A model generated the notes under the pieces. That model made no database searches. It had not been told where the DNA came from and saw only the letters and a list, made by a program, of their open reading frames with translations. Positions 52,090-63,920 of a stretch of 64,000 nt of DNA are shown here, piece by piece. Source of the DNA: Takakia lepidozioides. Lineage: Eukaryota > Plantae > Bryophyta. Numbering within the stretch: the stretch's first letter is position 1; every line of letters starts with the position of its first letter. Where the stretch lies: the NCBI GenBank assembly GCA_030704615.1, contig CM060732.1, positions 4,712,001-4,776,000 on the forward strand. The letters run 5' to 3'. A program made the translations under genes and the position numbers.

Positions 52090-52410
52090 GCCTATAAGAA
52101 GCTAACTCCTCCCAAAAATCCAGGGTGAAGCCCATGGGGTACAACACTGCCCCACCAAAAAGGACATTGTACAAGACCGCGTCTGTTATAATGGCCTTGG
52201 CTCTCATCAATGAGCCATCTATAGGATGATCCGGCTGTAGTCGGATAGCCAACTCACGCCGTGTCATGCCCCAAGTCTGCTCTGATCCTCCCAGAGATGT
52301 CTGTATCTGGAAAGGGCACGGCTCCATATCCGCCTCCGTGAGGCCCAAGCCTGCAATAGCAGCTCTGCCCAACACCAATGGCTGAGCTCCCGAGTCCAAC
52401 AAGATTCACT
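52090..52410 (-). pseudogene. Retroviral-type aspartic protease
   Basis: LLDSGAQ active site and YNVLFG. Confidence 0.85.
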
Positions 52411-53036
52411 GTGGCCGGTACCTCTTGCCTGCCGGTCCACTCAAACAGAAAATGTCATCCTGGTTGTCTAGCATGACAACTCCAAGGTGTCACCATGGCA
52501 CGCTCAATGGCTGGCCTAGCTAGCAGCTCCATCAACCTAGCAGCTGCAGCTTGCCATGGCGCCGCTGTGGCAGTCTTGACCCTCACATCCGAGGATCCCT
52601 CCGGTACTACACCTCCCACTATCTCCGCAGAAGATGAAGTATCCTCCCCACTCTCACAAAGTGTGGCTGCCAGCCTGAATACCTCAGCTGGTCTTACCCC
52701 CGGCGTCGCAATCATGGTAGCTGAGAACAATGGAGCCTGACACACAGCTGTGGCCGCCCCCAGCAGCACACTAGCTGCCGTAGCCTTGGCAACACTAGGT
52801 AGTGGTGCTGCCCGTGTAGCTCTCCCCAATAGCATAGTATCCTCCGCCTCGGTAACAGTCGGGCGAGAACTAGGTGCCATGGATGGCGTCGACACTGTCT
52901 CCGCCAATGTGAATGACTGAGGAAGCCTGGCCTGACGGCTTGTCTCCCCACGCTGTGGATCCAACTCCACCTCCGCACCCCGTGGCTCAGGAACTCGTGC
53001 TGCTCCTCGAGTCACTACCGCAGCTGACTCCACTTG

Positions 53037-53215
53037 CACTAGTGGTAGTCCTGCCCCGCACATAGTGGTAGTGGTAGTGCTGCCCGGTACTAGTGGTAGT
53101 GGTGCCCCACCCACAGTGGTAGTGGTAGTGGCACCCCTCACTAGTGGTAGTGGTGCCCCACCCATAGTGGTAGTGGTAGTGGCACCCCTCACTAGGGGTA
53201 GTACTGCCCCGCACA
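53037..53215. repeat. 51-bp coding tandem repeat (GAPLPLVRGATTTTTxG x ~3.5) in the gag-pol linker
   Basis: Seen in ORF 52455-53303. Confidence 0.85.
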
Positions 53216-53324
53216 TGAATCCCATGCCTCCCATGTCTCCTCCCTTAGGAGCAGGAGGTGGACCATCCGGCCTTGGAGCCGGTACCACGTGAGCTGTGGC
53301 CATGGCAGCGAGCCTCTGCTCTAG

Positions 53325-54350
53325 CTACTGAAGCCGGTTGGCCATGCCTTGGTCACCACCCTGACCTCCGCGTCCTTGGCCATGTTGAGCTTGCCCTTGG
53401 CCTGCACCTCGTGCCTGGCCACCTCGTCCTCTCTGGGCTGCTCCACCTCGCCCCCGGCCACCATTGTTTCCTTGAAACTGGCCTGGGCGCAACTCAGGGT
53501 GCAAACCATAGCACTGGGCCTCTCCATGCCCGTACCTGCCACAATGCCCACACTGCACCTGTGCAGGCTGTGCCGGTGCCTCCCTCTGGGCAATCCTTCT
53601 TGACATGGGGTCCTCCACATGTCCAGCACACCACATCCGCCCGTTGTTGGCCAGCAAATGAAGGGAGAGACCCCTGCATCTGAGGTCCTCTCTGCCCTTC
53701 CCTGGGCTTCACTTGAGCCCCCTTGCTGCCCCGTGGTGCCTCCTTAGCAAATCCCACCATGACCACTCGTTCATCCACCATGTTGAGCTCTATCCGCTCT
53801 GCCAGCAAAAACACATTTGCTAAGGTGGGTTGGGCCGCTTGTAGGAGAGTTGCATCCCGCACCCTTCTCCTTAGCTCCTTGTCCAATATCCCGTACCAGA
53901 ACTGGACTGCCTGAGCCTCCGTGACCCCTTGGGTTACATTAATCAAGCGCCTCATGCGAGTGAAAGCCTCCCTCAAGCTCTCAGTAGGCTTCCGTTGGAA
54001 CTCTTGCAAGCTCCTCAACTTCTTTGTCCTCACCCCTTGGTAGTTCCTTCTCAACTCTTCGAAGAACTCCACAACAGGGTTGAAGGTAGACACCGCCACT
54101 GGTGCTGGTGCAGCAATAGCTTGGGTGGACGTTGTAGTTGCTGTACCACTAGTCTCACTACTGCTCGTGGAAGCTGTTGTTGTAGCTGCCGGTGTGGCTG
54201 CTGCCCTTGTGCCTCTAGTGCCTTTAGTGATGGAGACATAGTCGGGTGACTAGTACATCCACCACTCCACCTCCACAGGGTCCGCCAATGCCTCCTTACG
54301 TCCACTAGCCATTCCTCCGAATGGAACCACCTCAGGAAACCACACCGTTC
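53325..54350 (-). pseudogene. Gypsy gag with two zinc knuckles
   Basis: FQRKPTESLREAFTRMRRL..QFWYGILD; CWTCGGPHVKKDC and CGHCGRYGHGEAQC. Confidence 0.85.
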
Positions 54351-55875
54351 ACTGAAGATTTAAAAATGGAGCAAATAGAGGTACATATAGGCCCCAACAA
54401 CATTCTGTCCAAAGGAATTACCTGCAGGCTGGTCTTCCCCATAGTTAAGAATTGGGCTGAAAACCCGAAAAGATTACCTGCAGGGAAGTAATCCCCTTTG
54501 TTAAAATGCAACAGGGAGGCAATTCTGACTTTTCTGCCGGATCAGCTAGCTCAAAACCGTTGTTCTTCATAGCCCAGCCTCCCCATCTAGGTCCCACGAA
54601 ACGAGTGATTTTTTATTTTTTTATTTATTTATTTTAAAAATAAAATAAAATTTTACTCTAACTGTTCGCGGCCTTCCGTGGCTCCAACCGCCACTACTCC
54701 TCACAGCCCGCCCTAGGCGCTCGTTGGCCATGGGCTGCCCAGTGATACCCCGTGGTACCACTCCCACGAGCCTTCACGGCCCGCCATCCTCACGATCTGG
54801 TCACCGTGCCAACCCGTTGTGTCCGCACAACGACTTCCAACGGTCACGGTCAACCATCACGATCTGGGCTCATGGTATCTCGTGATACTGCCCCAACGGT
54901 CCATCACGGCCACTATTCCTTGCGTTCCCTAGAACTCCCAACGAGTTCCCATGCGTTCCCGAGCTCTCCCCGAGCTGGGGTTTGCTCCTGCATCTGCTGC
55001 CGCATTGAAACTTCCAACTCAAACAATACTTTACAAGTGCATTGATTTACACACAAGAGGGACCAGCCCCCTCTCTTCACTCATACCTCTTCATGAGCTT
55101 GGAGCTGCAGCTCCCAACAGGTTGCGATGCATCCCCTCGCAGCTCCGCCATTCGGCTGCTCCTCATCTACCCGCAGCAACTCGTTTCGGGCAGATACCTG
55201 GAGCTGATCATATCATCTCCAACCTGCAACATGCTAACTTCCCATGCGCAGCCCACATTTCAGCAGCTCCTTAACTCGGCCTGCAGCTGAAGAAGACGAG
55301 CACCAGTTCGTCCACTCGTGGCCAGCATCTCCTTTGCTTCACACTAGAAGCCCAAACTTGGTTGCCATAGCGTTGAGCTATGCAACGCCGCTCTTCAACA
55401 TGGGCTACCCGCCTCTCTATCCCATGGCAAACCTGTTCGCCTTTGCAGTCTATCCGCTTTGGATAGGCTCATGCACGGCTCCCATCACTCTAGGCTGAAC
55501 CGCTTCTCATGATCTGAAAACACAAGTGCTACAACTAACTCGAACCTGGCACTCATAGACTCGAGCTGATCTTTCTTGAGTGATAAGGAAAGGAATGATA
55601 CAAGCATACAAGCTCTCTCAAACTCACACACTCGCACATGAAAACATCACTCATATATTAAGTCGAGCCAAGTGCACCCCACGCCATGGGGAATCCACAC
55701 TACGGCGCCATAGCTAGACGCGGTGAGGCTCAACTCGAGAAAGATGAGCCCACCGCGATCTGCCGTGAAGATAACAACGCCAGGTGCCCAAACATGTATT
55801 GGCCCCTGGATTGACACTTGGGTCAATCCCAAATGTCAATAAATAAAAGCTAGCTATTTCCTAGCTAACTTCACA

Positions 55876-56200
55876 CTAGTGGTAAAATAACTTGACATCA
55901 TCTTCGGCATCCGTCTCTCCCTCGGATGCAGTCTCCTCCTCACCAGTTCTTGGAAGTATGGCGGGCTGTTGTTCTTCTCCAGAATCCTGCTCTTCCATCG
56001 CCAGACTTTCCTCTTTGCCATCTTCTTCCTCATTTTCCTCTTCGTCTACTCTTTCCATCCTCATTCTATATCTGGCTCTATTCCTGTCCCTAGTGCTCGT
56101 GAAGTATAACGACTTCATTCTCTTCCTCCTCCGCTGGAAACAAGGGCTCCCCACACTGCCTCTAGAGCTCTCCAGTTTGACGTTTGCAACAAGGGTTGCT
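55876..56200 (-). pseudogene. Probable acidic 5' exon of partner gene B, cut by the Gypsy insertion
   Basis: Basic/acidic ORF ending exactly at the candidate LTR edge; same strand as 41345-45473; weak similarity to the acidic pre-ParB region of copy A. Confidence 0.45.
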
Positions 56201-57022
56201 ATGGCATGTAACCAAAATAAAAATTTGACATTGTTAACCGTATTTGGATGCGGGTGTTATCATTGTGTGCGAACGGAATTCATCCATTTCGGCGACTTTG
56301 TATTATCCAAGAAATAAAGTGGTAGATAAAAAGTACATCCGTTGCATGTACTTGTGATATATGTCAGATGTACTTCGTCGCCTACCAATACATAGCAGCC
56401 TTCTTGCATTCTTTCAAATTTGGAAGTGCCGTAGAAATCTAATGCTAGTTCAAATTTCGAGCAGTACTTGCAGATTCGCAATAATTGTTATGCTTCACAT
56501 ATGCATCAACGTGTGTTGTACTGCCTACCCTGCGGTTTGCATTTCGCCGTCACCGTCGCAATGGGGTCATTCGGTATAAACGGTTGTGTTGGCAATGGTC
56601 ATGTGTTGCACACATTCGTGCGAGGTGTGTCCCGGAGTGTCAGTGTTTGTGCTGTGCTCTTCTGGCACAGTACAACCTCATTAGATTCGGGGCTTCCTGT
56701 TTACTGCTCTCCAGGGTTGTTGCCGTCTTTCCATAATGGATGGTTTCATGTCATGTTCAGGGTTTGTTTTTCATCCAAATACAGCACGGCTTCTTGTGGC
56801 TTCTTGTCTTTGAAAACAATTTTTCTGGTTGCTCAGTGTGGCTGTCTGCGAAGTTCGCTGCATGTCATTCCTACATCCTTTGCATGCATCGCCCGCAGTC
56901 TTTGGGTCAGTGCTACCCTTATTGACCTCAGTTTGTTTGTGGTGGATCCCCTTTCGAGAATTACGGGCTATCAGTTCGGGGATTCCGTTGTGAATCGCAA
57001 CTTTCGGTCAGTGTAGGAAAAC

Positions 57023-60000
57023 ATGTCCAGGGAGCGAGATAGACTCGCTCGATTTCATTCCAATGCAGGTAGTCTTCCACTCACTGCCACTGCAGACGAC
57101 GATGGGTTTGCACTTGTTCATGAGGATGAGTTGGTTACAGTGTTCCCGCTGGGATTGGGTTCTCTTCTTGTTCAAAAAGAGGTGTAGGACGAGGATGGGA
57201 ATTTGGATTCTGGGCACTTGGAGAAACCATTGGTTGGCGAGTGTGGAAGGAAGTGGAGAGTCCTTCCAGGCACATACCGGGTCCTTGGAAAAGAGAGAAG
57301 ACAATCAGCAAGATCAGTAGTTACCCCTGGCACTGCAGCATCGGTCGTGCAACAGAAGGACACAGTTCATGTGAAACAAGAGGTGAGCACATCCACTATA
57401 TTCGTGACTCTTTCAGACTCGTCCTCGGAGGATGTTTCTGATATTCCTCTGCCAGTGCAGACTCCATTCTTGGATGATGACGAATTGCAGGAGATAACGA
57501 ATGTCATTCCGAAATTGAAAGCCCTCGCAGGGGTGCCTGGGTGCAAGAGCGAGCTGCGTTTTGTTGATTGGGAGTCCCTTCGTGTGCAGCGGGTTCAATA
57601 CGTGCCAGCAGAGTTTGATGGGGACATCTTGTTTGAGCTCAACCCTCCCACGTCTTCCAGTGGACTAGCTGGGCTTCTGCAGGGCATGGACAAGAAACAT
57701 GACGGACACCCTTGGTGCAGGACAAAAACGTCGAACATCCACAATGACATTGGATTGAAATTTCGAAGGTCGGTTTGCGTTGGGCATTGCAAGTGCGTGA
57801 ATATTTCTTGCCCTCGGCTGAGAAACAACGCTAAACCAAACGAAAGTGAGTGGGAATGTGTGCCCCTGAATCCTTTCACCCCAGGGCTTGCCCCTTCCAA
57901 GACCAATACTTTTGTGTGCAGGTTCTGCAAACTTTCCCCGTCCTGTGTTTCTGTGTGCCACGCTCGTATGTACCAGGTGGCACACCGATGCAAGACAATG
58001 ACTCGTGCCTGCATTCATATGGGTACACATGAGCATCCTGTGTCCAAAGGAAGTTGCAGGGATAGCGTGGACATCGCTAGAAATCTGCTGAAGCAGGAGT
58101 TCCACAATGCCCCTTGTGCAACACCTTCTGCTACAGCGCTTGCAGCTAGCAAGGCATTCCTGGAAAAACACATATTGGGTGAAGGGGATGCGACACAACC
58201 AATGCTGGATGCAGATTCGCTTGATGCTGTGATGGACCATTTCTCCGTGTTGAGCTCTCCCAATATTCGGAACCAGGTGAATGCACTCAGAATGGGCATA
58301 GGCACTGCTGGATTCATGGACAACATTATGGACCTCAAACGGAGGAGTCGCTATGAATTCATTCAAAACAGTATCTTCCCTGGCCAGGGCTCGTCCAAGG
58401 TGTATTTGTTCAAGATGTCCACAGTGGGCGAAGGCAGTGGTGTGAGCATAGTCCGCCGAATGCAACCTGGAGGAGATTTGGCTAAATGTTGGTTAATGTT
58501 TGATCACTGCAAACGGGTGAAGGGTTGGACAACCATGGCGTGCCATGTGTACAATCCAGCGTACCAGCGTGTGCTCTCCATAGCAATTTGTGATATGCAG
58601 TTGGAGGACACTGAATCCCAGATGCTCATGTGGAATTCGCTCCTGGCCGTCATGCAGCGCAATGGATTACAGAACACAAATTTTGCGGGCTTCATGGCTG
58701 ATAGTGCACAGACAAATTTCAATGCAGTGCCGCGCGTGTTTGGTTCGGGGGATCCTAAGGTCCCAATAGAAAATAGGGAGCGCACATGCCTCTTCCATTG
58801 GAGTCAATCACTGGCACGTCATACAAAGCGTTGCATTCGCCCTGACCTTCAGTTGAAGCACAGAAGGCTCTGCCTGAAGTACAAAAATGCCACCTCAATG
58901 GGAGAAGCTGAGAGCACTTACCAAGCAATCCGGGCTTGGTGGTTCTCCTCTGGTGCTGCTACTGGTATCCACCTGAAGGAGTTGGAGGACTGGTTGGTTT
59001 TCTGGCACTTCAGGTACAGACAGTGGGGAGCTTTCATGATGACGGTAAGCCTCTTCAATCCTAGAAACACAAATTTAACTTTGTATCGTGCCTGTTCGTT
59101 TAGGGTTGTTGGATTGTCACTTGCAGAACCTCTTCCATTTCCTTTCGTTCCTCACATTGCATGCAAAGCCTCCTGCAGGACATGTCCTTGGAGGACTAAG
59201 CCGACATGTCATCCTGTAATTTGGCGGAGACTGTTCACAACGCCTGGATGCAGCAGTCTACCAAAGCAGGACGTGACTTGTTTGTGGCCACTACTGATGA
59301 CATGGGGCGGGCACTTACACAACAAACCAGATACCGCAATTTTCTGATAGGGCGGGGGTGGAGGCAAGGGCCCTGATACAACTTTGTTGATGCTAAGGGC
59401 TGCAAGTAGGTCCGGAGACCCATCGAAGATGGCCAGAGCTCTGAACAGGTGCACTAAAGGCTCCCCTTTGCAATCCAGGGTCCCCCATTTGGAAGGCGAG
59501 GAAAGATTTGGATCATGCAAAAGGAAATTGAACACTCCAGGGTCGGATGGAGATTCCCATCGGCCGGACAAGGTCAATTTCTCTGTACCAAAGGTGTCTC
59601 CAGTGCAGACTAAGTTGTGTGCCCGCCCCTTCCCAGGTGGGTCCTCCTCCAGTGGAGCAGGTGCAGATCATGCAAACACAGCAGCAAGAATCCCATTGGA
59701 GGAGGTGGTGGCCATGGTGCATGAATTTGATTGCATTGATAGTGAGTGGCATATAGAACGCACCCCACCAGGATCTAGAGTGGCTTGCATGGCAATTCGG
59801 ACCCCCTCTTTCAAGAAATGTAAATAAAAAATATGCAAAGGCTCCAGGGGGACTCCAACTCCAACATTCACAGGGTTGTTCCGACCTTATCATAGTGGGG
59901 AGTCAAAGGACCACAAGTTCTGGTTCTGCCCAGACGATATGGCACGATGCGTCAAGGGAACAGTTCGTCCTTTGGTGATAATGAAGCCCCCTCCCCCCGC

Positions 60001-60589
60001 AATTTGGCCTGTCAAACTTGGGACGTCGCTGTCATCAACTGAGATAAGCATGCTGGAGGAGGGAGGGTTCTGTCTTGCACGGTCCCGGATGGTGCCCTCA
60101 TGCACTGTCGGCACAGATGTGCCACATGCTCCGGCAATGCCTCCACCTGGTGCCAACTCCCACCCAACAAAAAGAGATGGAAAAACAGTGCGCCGTGTCG
60201 CTTCGGGTGCAGATCACGAATGCAAGATGGAATCGGATAGAATTTTGCAGGCTCGGGTGACTCGTATCACCGAAGTCCCTGCCCCGGGGTATGGACGGAT
60301 TTACACAGTGCTGTCTATTGGCTCAGTTCTTCATGACAAAGAATATCAGGTTATTGTGGGGAATTTCCCTACGTGCACTTGTCTGGATTTTGTAACGATG
60401 TGTGAGGGCGCTCTTGGCATGAGAGGGAAGTGGGTCCCCTGCAAGCATCAATATTACATATACCTTGTAATTATGTGCTGCGACGGTAAGAGAAACCAAT
60501 TCATTCACCAAGCCACACTAGGCTACGGAGAAGTCATCACCCTTCTACAGCGAGACACCTCACGTAGGGCTCCGCCAAATTCTTTTTGA
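57023..60589 (+). pseudogene. MULE-like transposase copy B (GCM/WRKY-like zinc finger, DDE, SWIM)
   Basis: RSVCVGHCKC..C..CRFC..C..CIHMGTHEHP; WLMFDH; FMADSAQ; CLFH; intron 59045-59178; CNLAETVH; SWIM CTC..CKH; stops at 57185, 59197, ~59825. Confidence 0.88.
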
Positions 60590-60968
60590 ACACATATGAG
60601 CCATGCCCGCTTCCCATGCTGGTTTCCAGGTTACCGTGTGAAGACTTTGCATTTAGGACAAACACATACATTTCGTTCACGGAACCAGGACAAATGCACA
60701 TGCCATTCATTGTAAGCGTCTATCTGTGAATTGAAATAAAGTGTGTCAATCATTCTGAGCTCAAATCTGCCATATTTTCATTTTCCTCTTTTTGTGCAGG
60801 CATTGCAGACATGGTGCATGGTGGCCCCCTTTGTTTTTCCACGGTAATAGGCCCTCTTCCTGCAATCCTCGCCTATAGGACCTGCTTTTCCAGCAGATTT
60901 GTGCCGCTCATGCTTCCCTGAAGCGTGAGCTCAGCTCCCAGGCTCACGGGGCTGGGCTCACGCCGTAG

Positions 60969-61489
60969 CTATGCTGGTGCGGTTATGCTGTTGTATTAAA
61001 CCAGCCAGACTATATTACGTTCATTCCATTATTCCTTGACTAACGCATCGTGCAAGCAAGAATGAGAATGTCAGTACCAGTGAAGGAGTTGGCATGTCCT
61101 TTGATGCGAAAGTAAAACGCATCCGACATCAGTTCTTCCATACTCCGCTAGAAGTTCGAGTACAAATTGAGGCGTATATACGTTATTTGGCCGAAAAGAA
61201 GGAGCACAAGAAGCATTGGATTGACGAACGGGTCTGGTGTACTCGCTTCCAACCGGGGAAGCTCAAAAAATTTATTGGTGCTGAGATAGATTTGTGTTTC
61301 CCGGTTGTTCGTGCCCAGGTATTTATTTGGGGGCTTTACACCCCAGGTCTATCACTGGTGGCCCATTTAAGGTGGCAGGATGATTTCTTCACCCATTGTG
61401 AATCTTGCCAATTCTTTGCAGCACGACATCTTGTCCTAAGGTCAGATTGTGAACAGTGTAGAGGTCCCTGGCCTATAGGACATCCGTAA
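60969..61489 (+). pseudogene. 3' part of the extra ORF interrupted at 40662
   Basis: In frame with 39522-40662 after excision; one TGA at 61037; ends with Cys pairs CESC..CEQC. Confidence 0.55.
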
Positions 61490-61939
61490 ATGCATAATCG
61501 GTTGCACACTGATATACCACCGTCACCAAGGTTTCACGGTAGGTATCCAGATCTTACCTCCTTCATTCTTGATATGGTCATCCAAGGGAATATAGGCCCC
61601 TTGATACAACCATAAGTAGGAGAGTCATCATCTCAACAGTGAGTGTATGTCTAGCTCAGGATCGAGAGAAACATTCCAAGTTTAGATAGTATATCTTTTG
61701 ACTCTAGGCTGCAGCGTAGACTAGCCAGAGAGGCAGTCAGGGACCAGTTGTTAGGAAAGAATCCACAATTGAGTCCAGGATCCGACTTGGATACCCGAAG
61801 TCTAAATAAGATAGAGTGGGAAAAAGAGGATACCAAAGTCTTTCCAACGACGAGTATTCACGAGTGGTTTCCCCGGTGCCTGGTCCTCCATTTTCTCCGT
61901 CAGCAAGGTCAGCTAGTCCTTTGCCATCGGTAGTGTCAA

Positions 61940-62290
61940 ATATGGCACATATTCCAAGACCGCCTGAGGTACCCATTGTGGTTCCAGCAGGTCTTGCCCC
62001 GCTAACATTGCCCAGACATTTGCCTTGGTTCTCCGGCGAAGCACATGAGAACCCTGAGTATCATGTGAAATTTTTTATTCAATGTTGCTATTCTAACCAA
62101 GCATTGGATGATGCTTATTGGCTGATCTAGTTTCCTACAACCATGAGAGGGAGAGAATCTACTTGGTATTGGCAGCAGGCACCAGGAACATTTGTCACTT
62201 GGTTGTAGATTCGCGACGCATTTTTGGATCATTTCCGGGCGGTGCACCAATTCACTAGTGTCCTGATGGCATTAGCACGAATCCATCACC
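61940..62290 (+). mobile_element. Retrotransposon gag fragment (truncated)
   Basis: LPWFSGEAHENPEYHVKFF..FPTTMRG..WY..GTFVTW..IRDAFLDHF. Confidence 0.75.
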
Positions 62291-62589
62291 ATTTCCAGTT
62301 TTTTTTTGTTGAGAAGTTGGCACAGAATTCATGCTGCCCATTTTTCGGTTTTTTTATTTATTTTTTATTTTTTTTCTAAAGTCGGCACATACTTCCGACT
62401 GTCTATTTCCCGTTTTGCCCTCGTGGGTATAGGTGGTACACCTTCTAATACCGTACATTTAGTCATCTTTAGAGATATAACATGGTCCTTCAGCTTTGCT
62501 CATATCCCTATGTCGAACCTAGAATCTTGCTTTGGGTTTGCTTCGGGGTAGGTTCGAAAACTCTGCTCATGGCTCGTCTGCTAACAAAA

Positions 62590-63010
62590 AACCAAAAGGT
62601 GGGGGGGGGAAGTGACTGAACAGCAGCAGCTGCTCGGTCACTCCCCCCCCCCCCCCCCCCCCACCTTCTTTTTTATTTTTCTTCCCTCATCTCTCCCACT
62701 TTCTCCCTCTGTCTCCCTCTGTCCCATCAGGATGTGCAGAGAGAGGGAGAGAGGGACTGTTGAAAAAAAAAAAAAAAAAAAGGTGGGAGGTGGGGAAGTG
62801 ATTGGAGCAGCTGCCCTTTCTCTCCCACTCTCCCTCGCTGCCTCTGTCCCTCTCTCCCTCTCTCTCCCTCTGTCCCATCACGATGTGGAGAGAGAGGGAG
62901 AGAGGGAGAGAGAATGAGTGATGAGGGGGAAAAAAAAGAAAAAAGAAAAAAAGGTGGGGGGGGGGGGGTGTGAGTGACTGCAGCAGCAGCTGCTCAGTCC
63001 CCCCCCCCAA

Positions 63011-63057
<47 letters not shown>

Positions 63058-63450
63058 CTTCTCTCATCTCTCCCTTTGTCTCCCTCTGTCCCATGAAGAT
63101 GTGGAGAGAGAGGGACAATTGAGGGGAAAAAAAAAAAACAATGTGGGGGGGGGGGGGGAGGGGGGTGACTGAGCAGCAGCAACAGCTGCTCAGTTATTCC
63201 CCCACCGCCCCACATTTTATTTATTTATTTTCCCTCAACAGTCCCTTTTTGTCCCTCTGTCCCTCTGTCCTTCTGTCCCCCTCTCTCCCTCTATCTCCTT
63301 CTGTCCCATCAAGATATGGAGAGAGAGGGAATGATGATGGAAAAAAAAAAAAAAAAAAAAAAAAAAGGTGGGGGGTGGGGGGGGGGAGTGACTGAGCTGC
63401 AGCAGCTGCTGTTTTTTTCTCTCATCTCTCCCTCTCTCTCCCTCCCTCCT
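62590..63450. repeat. Homopolymer-rich nested inverted repeats around GTGACTG..CAGCAGCTGCTC(A/G)GT cores
   Basis: Cores at ~62612, 62974, 63165, 63388 flanked by G/C and A/T runs and (GA)/(TC) tracts. Confidence 0.75.
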
Positions 63451-63479
63451 TGGAATTGGCCGGTTTTATCGGAGTTGAT

Positions 63480-63920
63480 TTCCTGTTTTTTCATCCATAC
63501 CGGATAGACTCTGGCAGTGTTTTCATCCGTCCTATAACGATTTTTCATCCATATTGGATGAACTACCAGGGTGGACACTGAATTACCTCTAAGATGAGTC
63601 TCTGATTTTTCACTCTTTTATTGACTTTCATCCATACTGGATGAGTCACCAGAGAATGAGGAATTACATCTATGGGGGTTGCCACTGGCATCCTGTTTTT
63701 TCATCCATACCAGATAAAAACTGCCAGGATATTAATTTTTTCATTCCTCTTTTATTGCTTTTTCATCCGTACCGGGTGAAGCATTTTTGGGATGTTGAAT
63801 TATCTGTGAGGATGTAAAACCGTTGCCATGGATGTTATTTCCTGTTTTTTCATCCTACTGATGGATTTTTTCCAACGGATGAACTCAAAGATGTTTTTGT
63901 CATCTGAACCGGATGATGTG
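63480..63920. repeat. Degenerate repeat of TTTTCATCC-N-GGATGA short palindromes
   Basis: About 8 recurrences of TTTTCATCC. Confidence 0.65.

Larger units (their letters stand above)
47295..55875 (-). mobile_element. Ty3/Gypsy LTR retrotransposon, gag-PR-DNMT-RT-RH-INT-PHD, 3' LTR missing
   Basis: Domain order PR, RT, RH, INT; minus strand begins TGTGAAG at 55875 (candidate 5' LTR start); no PPT or second LTR before the satellite. Confidence 0.9.
40663..60968 (+). mobile_element. ~20.3-kb MULE-like DNA transposon (copy B) with methyltransferase-like cargo and nested Gypsy
   Basis: CTATGC at 40657-40662 and 60969-60974; both ends read AG..GCGTGAGCC-N6-CGTGAGC..CTG(C/A)GCTCACGC inward; host ORF restored in frame on excision. 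Confidence 0.75.

Noticed and set aside
55688-55710. Possible primer-binding site TGGCGCCGTAGTGTGG (minus strand)
   Set aside because: Not preceded by an LTR-terminal CA and there is no second LTR to fix the boundary; unsupported
55874-55890. CACTAGT as a CACTA terminus
   Set aside because: Better explained as the LTR TG/CA edge abutting an interrupted ORF; no subterminal repeats
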